A stretch of DNA of 64,000 bases from positions 7,440,001 through 7,504,000 of the forward strand of contig NC_043016.1 in assembly GCF_006345805.1 (NCBI RefSeq). The letters are read 5' to 3'. Below are positions 52,286 to 63,777 of this stretch, piece after piece. Position numbers and translations under genes: made by a program. Each line of letters begins with the position of its first letter. Position 1 is the stretch's first letter. This DNA is from Octopus sinensis (taxonomy: Eukaryota). A model generated the notes under the pieces. That model was not told the DNA's origin. It made no database searches and saw only the letters and a program-made list of their open reading frames with translations.

Positions 52286-53817
52286 TTAAAAGTAAAAGTT
52301 TGTTGTATATTTAATCCCAGTGAGCCCCATCTTTTGTTTTACCAGAAGATAAGTTCCCATCTCCCCTTTCCCTTTAATTAATATTGTACCTCGGTATTCA
52401 AAGTCAAACATTTCTGATAAGATTTCAATGTTCGATGAAGGAACTTGAATTCTTCTTGCGGCTCCATTGGAGTACATTCGGCTAGATACATTAACAGTAT
52501 CCCCCCAAATATCAAACAGCAGTTTAGTCGTTCCAATAACCCCGGCCGTAACTTCGCCAAAGTTGTACCCAATGTTGAGAATAAATTCAAAGTTTATCAT
52601 ACTTTTATTGAAATTTTCAATTACTTTCTGCATCTCCATGGCAAATAGCATTAGGTTGAACAGGTGTGCATATTTATGCTTATTTTGTTGGCACTTCTTT
52701 TCATCTAAACCAGAAGCTGCCATAAATGTGCTAGTGATAGTTTTGATTTTTTCTACATCTTTGAATCGAACATCATCAAGAAGATCCTCATAATCACCAA
52801 CTAATTCATTTAAAACTCTTAACATTTCCCGCCCACCCTGGTAAGATTCTTCATATAATTCATTAAAGTTTACAAGACCAGCAAAAATAACACCAATATA
52901 CTGGTGGTTTTTAGAATAGCGGCCATTTATCAGTTTTGAAGATATGTGTTCTGGGATGATATTGTGTAATAGCCATTCCAACTGGTCTTTGTTGTCTTTT
53001 ATATGTTTCTGACAAGACATGGCCTCAGCGTCACAATGATAGCAAATTCGGTAGCTTACTTCAAATTCTCTATTCAAAAATAATATAAGTAGCAGATGGA
53101 GTATTAAATCCAAGTCAATGAGGAAAATGAAATGGTCTGACCTGCTAAAGATTAAATTAGGGAGTGGCATTTGTGTGACAATATCTGATGTGTTATCATA
53201 CAACAGGTCATATTCCATATCACTGTTTTGCGTGCAGGCAGTCAGGGTATGAATTAAAAGGAAGATAAAAAATGAGAGTATAGCCATGACTGATCTCATC
53301 ATTGAATTTACTGTTGAAAAAGTGGTGAAATTGAAAAGTGCAACCATAAATGTAATACAGAAACATTTCTCCTGCCACAAATGACCTATGAAGCCGGGAC
53401 AGTAGAAGTTTGAGAATACAGCAAGAATTGGGATGAATGCTAAAAAGGTAGCTTCAATACTTCGAATAATCCAACTGTCAGGTAAACTCTTTAAAAATTC
53501 AAACTTATTATGAAATATTATTTTGAAAATGAAAGCAATTTCAATAATAAGGAAAATAGGGAAAAGTGCAAGCCAGGCGGCAGGTCGCTGAAACATGACA
53601 AAAGAAGCAATTGAAATAATAAAGAATATAATAAAAGACATCACAACTTCTGCTCTGGCATGCAATTTCTCTGGCGCTTCGAAAACATTATATATTTTTA
53701 GGTCTTTTTCTATTTCTTCATTGTCAAATGTGAGCAAGCAAGAGTGAAGTGGAGGCGAATGGAAACTTTTCCTGATCGTGTCAAGGTTTGCTTCAACCTC
53801 TTCAGCAGTTACACCAT
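52286..53817 (-). CDS. ADCY9: Adenylate cyclase type 9-like, terminal coding exon (second TM bundle plus C2 catalytic domain)
   Basis: Acceptor TTTTTCCTCTTCTCTAG|ATG (phase 1). 510 codons with six hydrophobic segments. Motifs GVIFAGLVNF, RVLNELVGD, VEKIKTI, GVIGTTKLLFDIWGDTVNVSSRM and KGKG; TTKLL.DIWG is AC9-like. Stop TAA at 52286-52288. Confidence 0.92.
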
Positions 53818-53940
53818 CTAGAGAAGAGGAAAAAGAATACATTAAGTCACTGAATAAAAAAGCTTATTAAAAGCAAAAAAAAAAAATATTTTCAAAGTAG
53901 CATGGTGCTTTAACCTACTAGAAATAGGTGACAAATCTTT

Positions 53941-54850
53941 GAGGTGGTATCAAAAAGTTCCTGGACTAGTTATGTTTTCTAAAAAAGTAACTTCTTTACC
54001 TAACCTTTAGCATCATCTCCTTCAAAATAGTCACCTTGTGCAATACGCCAGTCCCAGTGTTCCTGCCACTTTTGGAGTCCAGCCTGGAAGTTGTTTTCTG
54101 TAAGTGAGTCAAGGACCTTCTGCGATTCACTCTGGATCTTGACAATGGTGTTAAAATGGCAACCTTTGAGCTGCATTTTCATCTTAGGGAAGAAATGGAA
54201 GTCCACAGGTGCTAAATCTAGCAAAAAGGATAGGTGTGGAAGTGAAACCATACTGTTTTTGGCAAGAAACTCACGAGTGAGGAGAGCTTGGTGACAGAGT
54301 GCATTGTTGTTGTGAAGAATCCAATTCTTTAAGTTCCACAGATCGGGCTGCTTTTGCCGCTCCCTAAAATACTTCAAAATGTCAGAGTAGAAGTCTTGAT
54401 TGACAGTCTGGCTCAGGTGGATGAATTCTTGAAGCCCAATACCACATTTCTGGAAGTGATGTTTGTGGCAGGTCTTCAAGATTGCTCACCATCTCCCAGG
54501 GATGTTCTTCCACTTTTGAAGCACCTGTGCCACTTGAAACATTGTATATGACCCATTGCTTCGTTGCTGTAAGATTGCTGAAGCATGCTCAACGTCTCCG
54601 TAGCACACTTCTTAAGTTTAACACAAAATTTCATGTTGGCTCTTTGTTCCTATCTGTGACAAAATCACAGACTACAGCATACACATGATCACAGAAACAC
54701 AAATTTCACAACATGCGAAGTAAACACAGTGATGTCACTCAGCACAATGCCAAAGGAAGGTTACTGCTAACTCCCACTGCACACACAACTGTATGCTGCC
54801 ATCTGATGGCATGCTACAGAACTAATCCAGGAATCTTTTGATGCCACCTT
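53941..54850 (-). mobile_element. Internally deleted mariner with both TIRs, inside the ADCY9-like intron
   Basis: TIRs 53941-53970 and 54821-54850. N-terminal EQRANMKFCVKL..ETLSML..CFKWHRCFKSGRTSL joined to C-terminal WILHNNNALCH..DLAPVDFHFFPKMK..GDYFEGD. Confidence 0.9.
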
Positions 54851-56161
54851 ATACTCTAATCAAAATATTACTATATTTAAAATGGAAGGATACTTTAGAT
54901 AACATAGTTCTGAAGACTGTGCTTGAATAAAAAGAATGGCCATAACTGGAGTGTCTGATCACAGAAGTGCACAATTTGGGCAGCAACAATGATCCACTTC
55001 CATTTGTATTGAAGTTATTTTCTAAAAATTTTGATTAGCTGTTATCATTACAGTAATTTCCCTTGTTTTTTATTTCAAATTTTAAACAACCTTTCTTAGG
55101 ATTTCAAATTCAGTATCCATGTCTCAGAACTAGATAGCCTTGTTTCTTAAAGTAAATTTCATACATTCTAAACTTCAAGGGTTTTGATGGAACTTCCATA
55201 TTCAATACTTATATCATACTTCCACAACCTGACATCTCATGGTCCTTAGAAAGAGTTTTTGTCTATTAATTGCATGTATAATCTCAGTTTATCACTATAT
55301 TATGTATAAAAACAGTTTTTCATATTACATATGTGAAACTGTATCACATTCATGTTGTATGTGGAATATTCTTATCAGTGCTTATCATTTGGCAAAATAC
55401 TGAGCTATAAAAATAATTTAGCCAACAAAGAAACTATCCCACCTTTGCTACAATATAAAATCAATATACAGAAAAAAAAAAACCAGAAAACCAAAACAAT
55501 TGTTGAAAAATTACACAGAAATCTAATTAATTTAGAGATTTTAGGAAAAACTAAATTTCAGTGTAAAAGGTTATGCTGCATTTTCACAGTGTATGATCCA
55601 GTATGGTCCAACTGAGAACAAAAATGCAGTAAAAGGGAAAAAAAAATGCCATAATAGGAAGTTTAGAAATGAGAGTTCTAGATTTCCCTTATTATTAATT
55701 CTATTTTTTTTTAACACAAGGGTGGTTGTGTGGCCAAGTAGTTCACTTGTTAATCACAGTTTTCGGTTCAGTTCCGCTGTGTAACACCTTGGGCATTTGC
55801 CTTCTACTCTAGCTCTGGGCTGATCAAAGCCTTGAGTGGATTTCGTTGAAGGAAACTGAAACAACCTAATTGTATATGTGTGCATATCATCATCATCTTT
55901 TAACATCCGCTTTCCATGCTAGCATGGGTTGGATGATTTGACTGAAGTCTGGTGAACCAGATGGCTGCATCAGGCTCCAATCTGATCTGGCCGAGTTTCT
56001 ACAGCTGGATGCCCTTCCTAATGCCAACCACTCCAAGAGTGTAGTGGGTGCTTTTAAGTGCCACCGGCACGAGGGCTAGTTTGGTGGTACTGGCAACAGC
56101 CACGCCTGAATGGTGCCTTTTACGTGCCACCTGCACAGGAGCCAGTCCAGTGGTACTGGCG

Positions 56162-56300
56162 ACAACCTCGCTCGAATATTTCACGTGCCACCAGCACAAG
56201 TGCTAGTAAGGCGACGTGGTAACGATCACGCTCGAATGGTGACCACGTTGCCTTACTAGCACTTGTGCTGGTGGCACGTGAAACATTCGAGCGAGGTTGT
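56162..56300. repeat. 59-bp inverted repeat with a 21-nt loop inside an (ATG)n-tailed repeat copy
   Basis: ACAACCTCGCTCGAA...GCGACGTGGT and ACCACGTTGCC...TTCGAGCGAGGTTGT. Confidence 0.85.
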
Positions 56301-58429
56301 ATGTGTATGCATATGTTCATGTCTCCTTGTGCTAACATCACATGATGGTTGTAAGTGAGTGTCACCGTCATATGAGCGGTGTCATTTGTTTCCAGTCTTT
56401 TACGAAAAGATGTCCTGCTGAGGTGAAATATTATTATCCCACTTGGAAAAGACTGAGAGTTGACACTAAGAAAGGCACCCAACCACAGAAATTCTGCCTC
56501 AACAAATTTTGCCTGACCCATGCAAGCATGGAAAAATGTATGTTAAAATGGTGAGGTTTTTCTTGAAGCCATCAATTTTCAGTGATTCAAAAGGAACATC
56601 AATATACATTACAAACCTCAAAAGGCATGCACAAACCATAGATTTAAACATTATTTACTTCAACATTGCAAAAAAAAAAAAATTGTACAAACAAAATAAT
56701 CAGTAGAAAACTTCAAAGGACCTTAATAGAATTCCCTCAAGTCAATGGATAATAATAACAAAAAAGTGTCATTATTTTTATTCTCATATTCTTTTATTCT
56801 TTTACTTGTTTCAGTCATTTGACTGTGGCCATGCTGGAACACCACTTGAGAGGTCTTAGTTGAACAAACTGACGCCACTACTTATTTTTTAAGCCTAGTA
56901 CTTCTATCAGTCTCTTTTGCTGAACCGCTAAGTTATGGAGATGTAAACATACCAACACCAGTTGTCAAGCAGTGATGGGGATACACACAGACACAAAGAC
57001 ATACACACAAAGGTATATACATATATATATGATGGGCTTCTTTCAGTTTCCATCTATCAAATCCACTCACAAGGCTTTGGTTTGTCAGAGGCTATAGTAG
57101 AAATCACTTGGGAGTGAAGCTGGAACCATGTGGTTCGAAAGAAAGCTTCTTACCAGACAGCCAAGCCTGTGCCTTTGAAATATTGTAAAATATTGCAGAT
57201 ACTACAGCAGTGATTTGATAATAAACTTGGAACATTGAAGTGAATGCCTTGCTTTGGTATTATGTTTTAATTTACTCTATTGTGTGTTCAAGATCCTGCC
57301 AAAATTGATAAACTCTTTTATTGCCATATTTCTATTGAAATCTACTGCTTTTGTTTCAATTAATTTTGAAAATAATGAAGAATTTACTACAGTCATCTTG
57401 AAGGTGATACTTTGGAATAGAGATTAACATCAAATCAAAATCGAAATCAAAATCGATTTGATGACTGGCATCCGTGCTAGTGGGGTGCAAAGAGCACCAT
57501 ACTAGTGCGATCGTTGACAGAGCAGCTAACCAGCTTCCGTGTCAGTGGCACATAAAAGGGCTCCATTCGAGCATGATCATTAACACCGTTGCCTTACTGG
57601 CACTTGTGCCTGTGCTAGTAGGGTGCCAAGAGCACCATCCGAGCATGATCGTTGCCAGAGCAGCCAACTGGCACATAAAAGGGTACATATGGCACATAAA
57701 AGGGTACCATTCGAGCGTGATCGTTACCAATGTCGCTTCACTGGCACCTGTGCCAGTACTGCCTGATTGGCCCCCGTGCTGGTGGCATGTAAAAGCACCC
57801 ACTACACTCTCGGAGTGGTTGGCATTAGGAAGGGCATCCAGCTGTAGAAACTCTGCCAGATCAAGATTGGAGCCTGGTGCAGCCATCTGGTTCGCCAGTC
57901 CTCAGTCAAAATCATCCAACCCATGCTAGCATGGAAAGTGGACGTTAAACGATGATGATGATGATAGAATTAATATAAAAAGTTTTAATTTAGATTGTTT
58001 TAAAACATGAAGTTTGTATCATAGAAAAGGGATGGTTTCAGAGGAGTTGGTATTAAAAGGGGTAAAATTAATATATATCATAATTTCCTATAAAACAATT
58101 CATATCATTTGACAATATCTTATAATCATCCAACAACATATTTTATATTTTAGTTGCTCTTGTTATGTCTATCCAGATATATAACATCTAACAACCATTT
58201 CACCAACGTTTAACATCAAACTTTCTATCCATATTTCATACAGTTTGCTTTTGTAGACTCCACAAAATTTCCATTTTGATTATCCATGTTTCTCTAAGCA
58301 TGTAGCATTACACTCCTTATGTATATTTCATACATTCTAAACTTTATAACAATTTCAGCATGGAAGGTGTTTATAAGCCATTTAAGAAACACAAAAACCG
58401 TTAGATTCACTTCAACATTGAAATTTAAT

Positions 58430-58478
58430 TTGTCAAAATATTTTCGTCGCTTTGAGACCGCGAACTGCTCACTGAGAA
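58430..58478 (-). ncRNA. Hammerhead-like motif with compensatory G3-C8 core
   Basis: Minus: TTCTCA-GTGAGCA-GTTCGC-ggtctcaaa-GCGAC-GAAA-ATATT-T-TGACAA. Enclosed by a 26-bp inverted repeat (58356-58381, 58507-58532). Confidence 0.5.
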
Positions 58479-59324
58479 AACTTTGTGCTGCATCTGAGAA
58501 AGTAACATGGCTTGTAAACACCTTCCACGCTGCAATCGTTTTCGTTCCAGCACACGATCTCAGATCAAGTCACTCGCTATGCAAGTACATCTCCTAAACT
58601 TTATAGTTTCTGTGGAACTTCCAAGCTCAATGCTCATATCTTATGTCACACATACTTCATAAAACCAGACATATTTTCCTCGTTCTCTTTACACTCCAAA
58701 GTCCTTTCACATATTTCATGCAGTCTGCTTTTTGTCATCCCTGCAGGGGTTTTTTTTTTGCATTCAATACCCATGAAAGTATTATAACACTTTGTACCTT
58801 ATACTACATACAGTCTGCTTTTGTATGTATAACTGATATTTCTCTATTCGCCTCTCACTACTACTTTTTCTCCACCACACTCACATTCAAATCCTGAAGG
58901 CTACAAACTGCCAGATCATCCTGACATGTAAATTAGAATATTTTAGAAGACAAAACAACAAACAGGCAAATTATTGATTTGTTGTCTACTTTAGAGAGGA
59001 TATCTATTGAAGTTGACAAATAGATAAGATTGTTTGCTTGATTCAATGGGATTATTTAGACTGCTTGAATGAGTACAAATATAGCTAATATGAAAAATAT
59101 TGATCATACTGAAATAGAAGTCGGGAATAGCTATTTACAATAACTAGCACTAATTAAAGTTATTAGCATCTACATTTTACATGCTATTAACAATGAGCAA
59201 TGAAAAAAATATTCCCAAGAACTAAATAACAATGATGATGATGATAATACCAACAGCAACAGGAACAACAAAAACAATAATAATCATTGCACAAGATCAA
59301 ATCTTCTTCTTCTTCTTCTTACAG

Positions 59325-59590
59325 CATTCACCTGGGGTGGGTTGAGCTGGCTTCATTCATCCTCAATGCTGCATCTCTCACAAACACCGACCAGGCCTGG
59401 CGATTTAAGGCTAACGACCGCGTGATCTCCAACCACTCCTTATTCCAGTGGCGAATGCCGTAGATATGGGGGCCTAGGTTGGGTTCCAGATCAGCCTTGA
59501 CTCTCATCACATTGCTTTCGCCAACCCTGAAGGGGTTCGCTAGCGAACTTCCTATTCCCAAGATCCTTCAAATATTCCTCATGTATATCG
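59325..59590 (-). mobile_element. 3' end fragment of an RTE-like LINE with (GAA)n tail
   Basis: Minus WLEITRSLALNRQAWSVFVRDA (RTE C-terminal A.DR..W pattern), followed by GAAGAAGAAG. Confidence 0.6.
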
Positions 59591-59824
59591 CAAGATCAAA
59601 TCTAGTAACTATTTCCTATCAACATCACATCATCAGGGATGGAATAAGTCCATAATGCAGGGTTTGTGGAAAATATGAAGAAACCCTCAACCACACAGTG
59701 TCTGGATGTCAGGTACTAGCAAAGGCCAAAAATATCTACAGGTATGTTAAGGTAGTAGCATTATGTACATTGGAAAATATGCTTCCCGAATGAGAAGTTG
59801 TAAGCATATCAGTCAAATATGGTT

Positions 59825-60222
59825 TTTCTTTTCTCTTTCTCTTTTACTTGTTTCAGTCATTTGACTGCGGCCATGCTGGAGCACTGCCTTTAATCAAGCA
59901 ACTCGACCCCGGGACTTATTCTTTGTAAGCCCAGTACTTATTCTATCGGTCTCTTTTTTGCCGAACCGCTAAGTGACGGGGACGTAAACACACTGGCATC
60001 GGTTGTCAAGTGATGCTAGGGGGACAAACACAGACACACAAACACACACATATATATATACATATATACGACAGGCTTCTTTCAGTTTCCGTCTACCAAA
60101 TCTACTCACAAGGCATTGGTCGGCCCGGGGCTATAGCAGAAGACACTTGCCCAAGATGCCACGCAGTGGGACTGAACCCGGAACCATGTGGTTGGTTAGC
60201 AAGCTACTTACCACACAGCCAC
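59825..60222 (-). mobile_element. Near full-length CORE-like tRNA SINE (another at about 56800-57175; many fragments)
   Basis: Head GTGGCTGTGTGGTAAGTAGCTTG, core GCATCTTGGGCAAGTGTC, CA/TA microsatellite, and tail CAGCATGGCCGCAGTCAAATGACTGAAACAAGTAAAAGA. Confidence 0.75.
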
Positions 60223-60488
60223 TCGCTGATACTAAAAGAACAAGGTTATCATTCTCTGGTCAACGTTCTTTCATACTGATAGAGAAATAAAAACCAACAA
60301 TCTGACATCATTTTGAAGGATAAGAAGGACAGGAAGTGTATACTTAATATTACAAAATCTTCTGAAACATCTCTATGAACATATGAGAGAGAGGGGGGGG
60401 AGAGAGGGAGGGAGGGAGAGAAGACTTGGAGATCAAAATCAATAAGATGTGGAGTATGAAAACTAAAGTAATACCAATGTACATTATT

Positions 60489-60780
60489 TACATTTGATGG
60501 ATATTTGTCCTCATCTTGTTTCTTGTTAACAACATTTCGGCTGATATACCCTCCAGCTTTCATCAGGTGCCTTGGGGAAATTTCGAACCTGGGTTTTCGT
60601 TTTTAAGGTATTTTTTTCGATATTATTATTATTATTATTATTGTTGTTGTTATTATTATTATTCAGGTCACTGGCTGGAACTGAACTTGGAATCTTGGGG
60701 TTAGAAGCCCACGCTCTTAACCACTATGGCATATGCCCGTCAAATGTACATAATTCCTCATCTCTTAAACATAGAACTGT
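60489..60780 (-). mobile_element. tRNA-headed element with (TAA)n spacer and a hammerhead core in its 3' part
   Basis: Minus: GGGCATATGCCATAGTGGTTAAGAGCGTGGGCTTCTAACCCCAAG..AAGTTCAGTTCC, then (AAT)n, then GGCAC-CTGATGA-A-AGCTG-gagggtatat-CAGCC-GAAA-TGTT. 12-bp inverted flanks at 60489-60500 and 60737-60748. Confidence 0.7.
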
Positions 60781-63257
60781 AATACCAAATGGCTATGGAA
60801 GCACTAGGACTCATGAAGAACGTATCCTGGACAATATTTAAGCAGTCCAGAAGACTACACTTCTATGATGTCATCAACACTATTATTTAATTGGTAGGAT
60901 GAAGAATGAAGTTGACCACATTGAGATTTGGGAATAAAAGCTGGAAGAAATACCATAAAGCATTTTGTCTGACAGTCAAATGATTCTACCAGCTTGCTGC
61001 CAATAATGGTTTCTAATTTAGGTACAAAATCAGCAATTTCAAGGAAAGAGCATTAGTCATTACTATTATCCTAGTACTTCATTAAATCTCAAAAGGATAA
61101 AAGGCAAAGTCAACCTTAGCAGAAATCTTACTATAATGGGTGTTATGTCTGGCTGTTTGTTCCCTTTACACAGTCAAATGGCTGGACCAATGGTCATGAT
61201 GTTTTTTTGAATTACAAAGAAGATAATCAGGAAAAAATACTGGGGTCGATGTAATTGACTTAATCCCTTTGTCCTTGTTTGTCCCCTTTATGTTTAGCTC
61301 CCTGTGGGCAATAAAGAAATAGATAATAATCTTTTCAAAAATGGGGACAAGGCCTGAAAATTTGGGGATGGGGGTAGCTGATTACATCAACCCCAGTACC
61401 TGACAGGTACTTCATAAAACCTGAAAGGATGAAGAGCAAAGTTGACCTCAGTGGAGTCTGAATTTAGAATGCAAAGATGGATGAAGTGTTACTAAACATT
61501 TTCACTGCGTTAATGATTCTGCCAGCTCACTGCGTTATTGTAGAGGTGCATAGCCTAGCAATTTGTGTGTTGCATTCATGATCACTAATCATGGGTTCGA
61601 TTTTGGGACTGAATGACGCTTTGTGTTCTTGAGCAAAACACTTTATTTCATGTCACGCTCTCTGATCATTTCAACATGTAATGTGTGGCACACTTGTGCC
61701 CCTGTTCAGACAACGTTGTTTTGATGGAGGGAGTGAGCTAATGTACAGTACATACATTTGAGTATCATCATCATCGTTTAACATCTGCTTTCCATGCTAG
61801 CATGGGTTGGATGATTTAACTGAGGTCTGGCGAACCAGATGGCTGCACTAGGCTCCAATCTGATTTGGCAGAGTTTCTACAGCTGGATGCCCTTCATAAT
61901 GCCAACCACTCCGAGAGTGTAGTGGGTACTTTTACATGCCAGTCAGGTGGTACTGGCAATGGCCATGCTCAAATGGTGCTTTTTATGTGCCACCTGCACA
62001 GGAGCCAGTCCAGCAGCACTGGCAACGACCTCACTCAAATGTTTTTTCACGTGCCACCAGCACAAGTGCCAGTAAGGCGATGCAGGTAACGATCACGCTC
62101 GAATGGTGTTTTTTATGTGCCACCAGCACTGAGGCCAGCTTGTTGCTCTGGCAACAATCACGTTTGTATGGTACTCTTAGCGCTCTACTAGCACAGATGC
62201 CAGTCATCGAATTTGATTTCGATTTTGAATTTGTGTAGGTCGTTTAGCAACAGCTTGACTCTGATATGTCATCTTTGATGGGAGAGTTCATCATCATCAT
62301 CATCATTTCTAACAAGCACAAAGCCAGAAATCAGTGGTGATGTTGATTATTTTGACCTCATTATATGATAAGTACTTAATTGAAATAAACCTGCATGAGG
62401 TCATAATTTCTGAGCTGATATTGTTTTTTTTTTCAGTTATTTGTTGACACTTAAAAACCTGATCAACCATGTAGACTAAGTTTTCATTAATTACTGGTGA
62501 GTGAACAAATATTCAAGTATATCTATTTATCTATATAATGTGCGTGTGTGTGTGTGTATCTTCTGGTATTCACTTCTTGGCGATGAAGTGACTGGTTGAA
62601 CTTTTTAAGAGGCCATGTAAAGAAACATGTTCTTTACAAAAACACATTTCAGTCTCTCAGGAAAATTAATATTGATTTCAATATACATTTCAATATGTAT
62701 TTATTTTTTTGAGCAGAAAGTTGACACAATATAACTAAACCATCAATGTTATTGAATACTCTTAAAACTTACATACGTCAGAATTGATTTCAATTAATGC
62801 ATTTTGACAGATAACAATGTGTGAGTGTGTGTGTGTGTTTTTTAAGTATATTAATGAAAAAGAAAAAAAATATTGACAAGAAAGTTACCAGTTAACTGAT
62901 GTATTTATATGAAAATATGCAAACTGCAGACACTCATGTCACTTCTTAGTATCAGAAATGTGATCGACTTACTAGAAATACACACACACAGATATATACA
63001 TGTTTGTTTGTGTGTGTGTGTGTGTGTGTGTGTAAAATCAACTTGGAAACAGCAACTTAACAAATCAGTAGGGACTCAACTTCAAATGTGCAAAGATAAT
63101 TTTTTGATACTATAAGCTTAATTCTCTTGGAGACCCGAGCTTCTATGTCTAACTTTACCTTCCACCTGGGCTCTTGAGGAAAAAAAATAAATAGCTACTT
63201 TTACAGTTCAAGAGTAATGATTGCAGGCAAACTAATTTTGTTTTTTTGTTTTTTGTT

Positions 63258-63530
63258 TTATGCCTGGTTCATAAGGGCCGGTTTCCCCAGTTTCTTGGCA
63301 TATAGGTTCCCCACCTGGACGGGACGCTGGTCCGTTGCAGGTGAGCTGCAAGATGCAGGAGGAAAGAGTGAGAGAAAGTTGTGGCAACAGAGTCAGCAGA
63401 AGTTTCATCATTACCTTCTGCCGGAGCCGCATGGAGCTTAGGTGTTTCGCTCATAAACAGACACATCGCCCGGTCTGAGATTCAAACCCGCAATCCCTCG
63501 ACCGTAAGTCCGCTGCTCTAACCACTAGGC
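63258..63530 (-). mobile_element. tRNA-derived SINE (body A, tail D)
   Basis: Co-linear with 191-470. Confidence 0.8.
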
Positions 63531-63777
63531 AAACTAATGGACGGAATTGGTTGCAGCTTCTTTTTCGGTGTTGTTCATTACTGCTTTACCAGGAATCTGG
63601 CAGAGGTGATGTTTAACCTATTCCCATTATTGCAGAAATATGGTGTAACAGGGTTTAAAAAAACCCCAAAAACGCAGACAAAAATAATAGTGTAAATATT
63701 TAATAAATGGTAATTATGATGTTAGCAAAAATTCAACAATACTTAGAAATATATTTGATTTTTCCATTTTTACTTAC

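Noticed and set aside
53818-53842. ATG at 53842 as the start codon of a 518-aa protein
   Set aside because: The first codons are the polypyrimidine tract and AG acceptor; the protein lacks the N-terminal half of a cyclase.
60249-60400. Possible extra ADCY9-like exon after a CT-rich tract
   Set aside because: No convincing donor or cyclase-like sequence, and the flanking exons already join in frame.
60670-60738. Functional tRNA gene (also the other tRNA-like heads)
   Set aside because: No paired acceptor stem, a degenerate T-arm, and continuation into repeat bodies; these are SINE heads.
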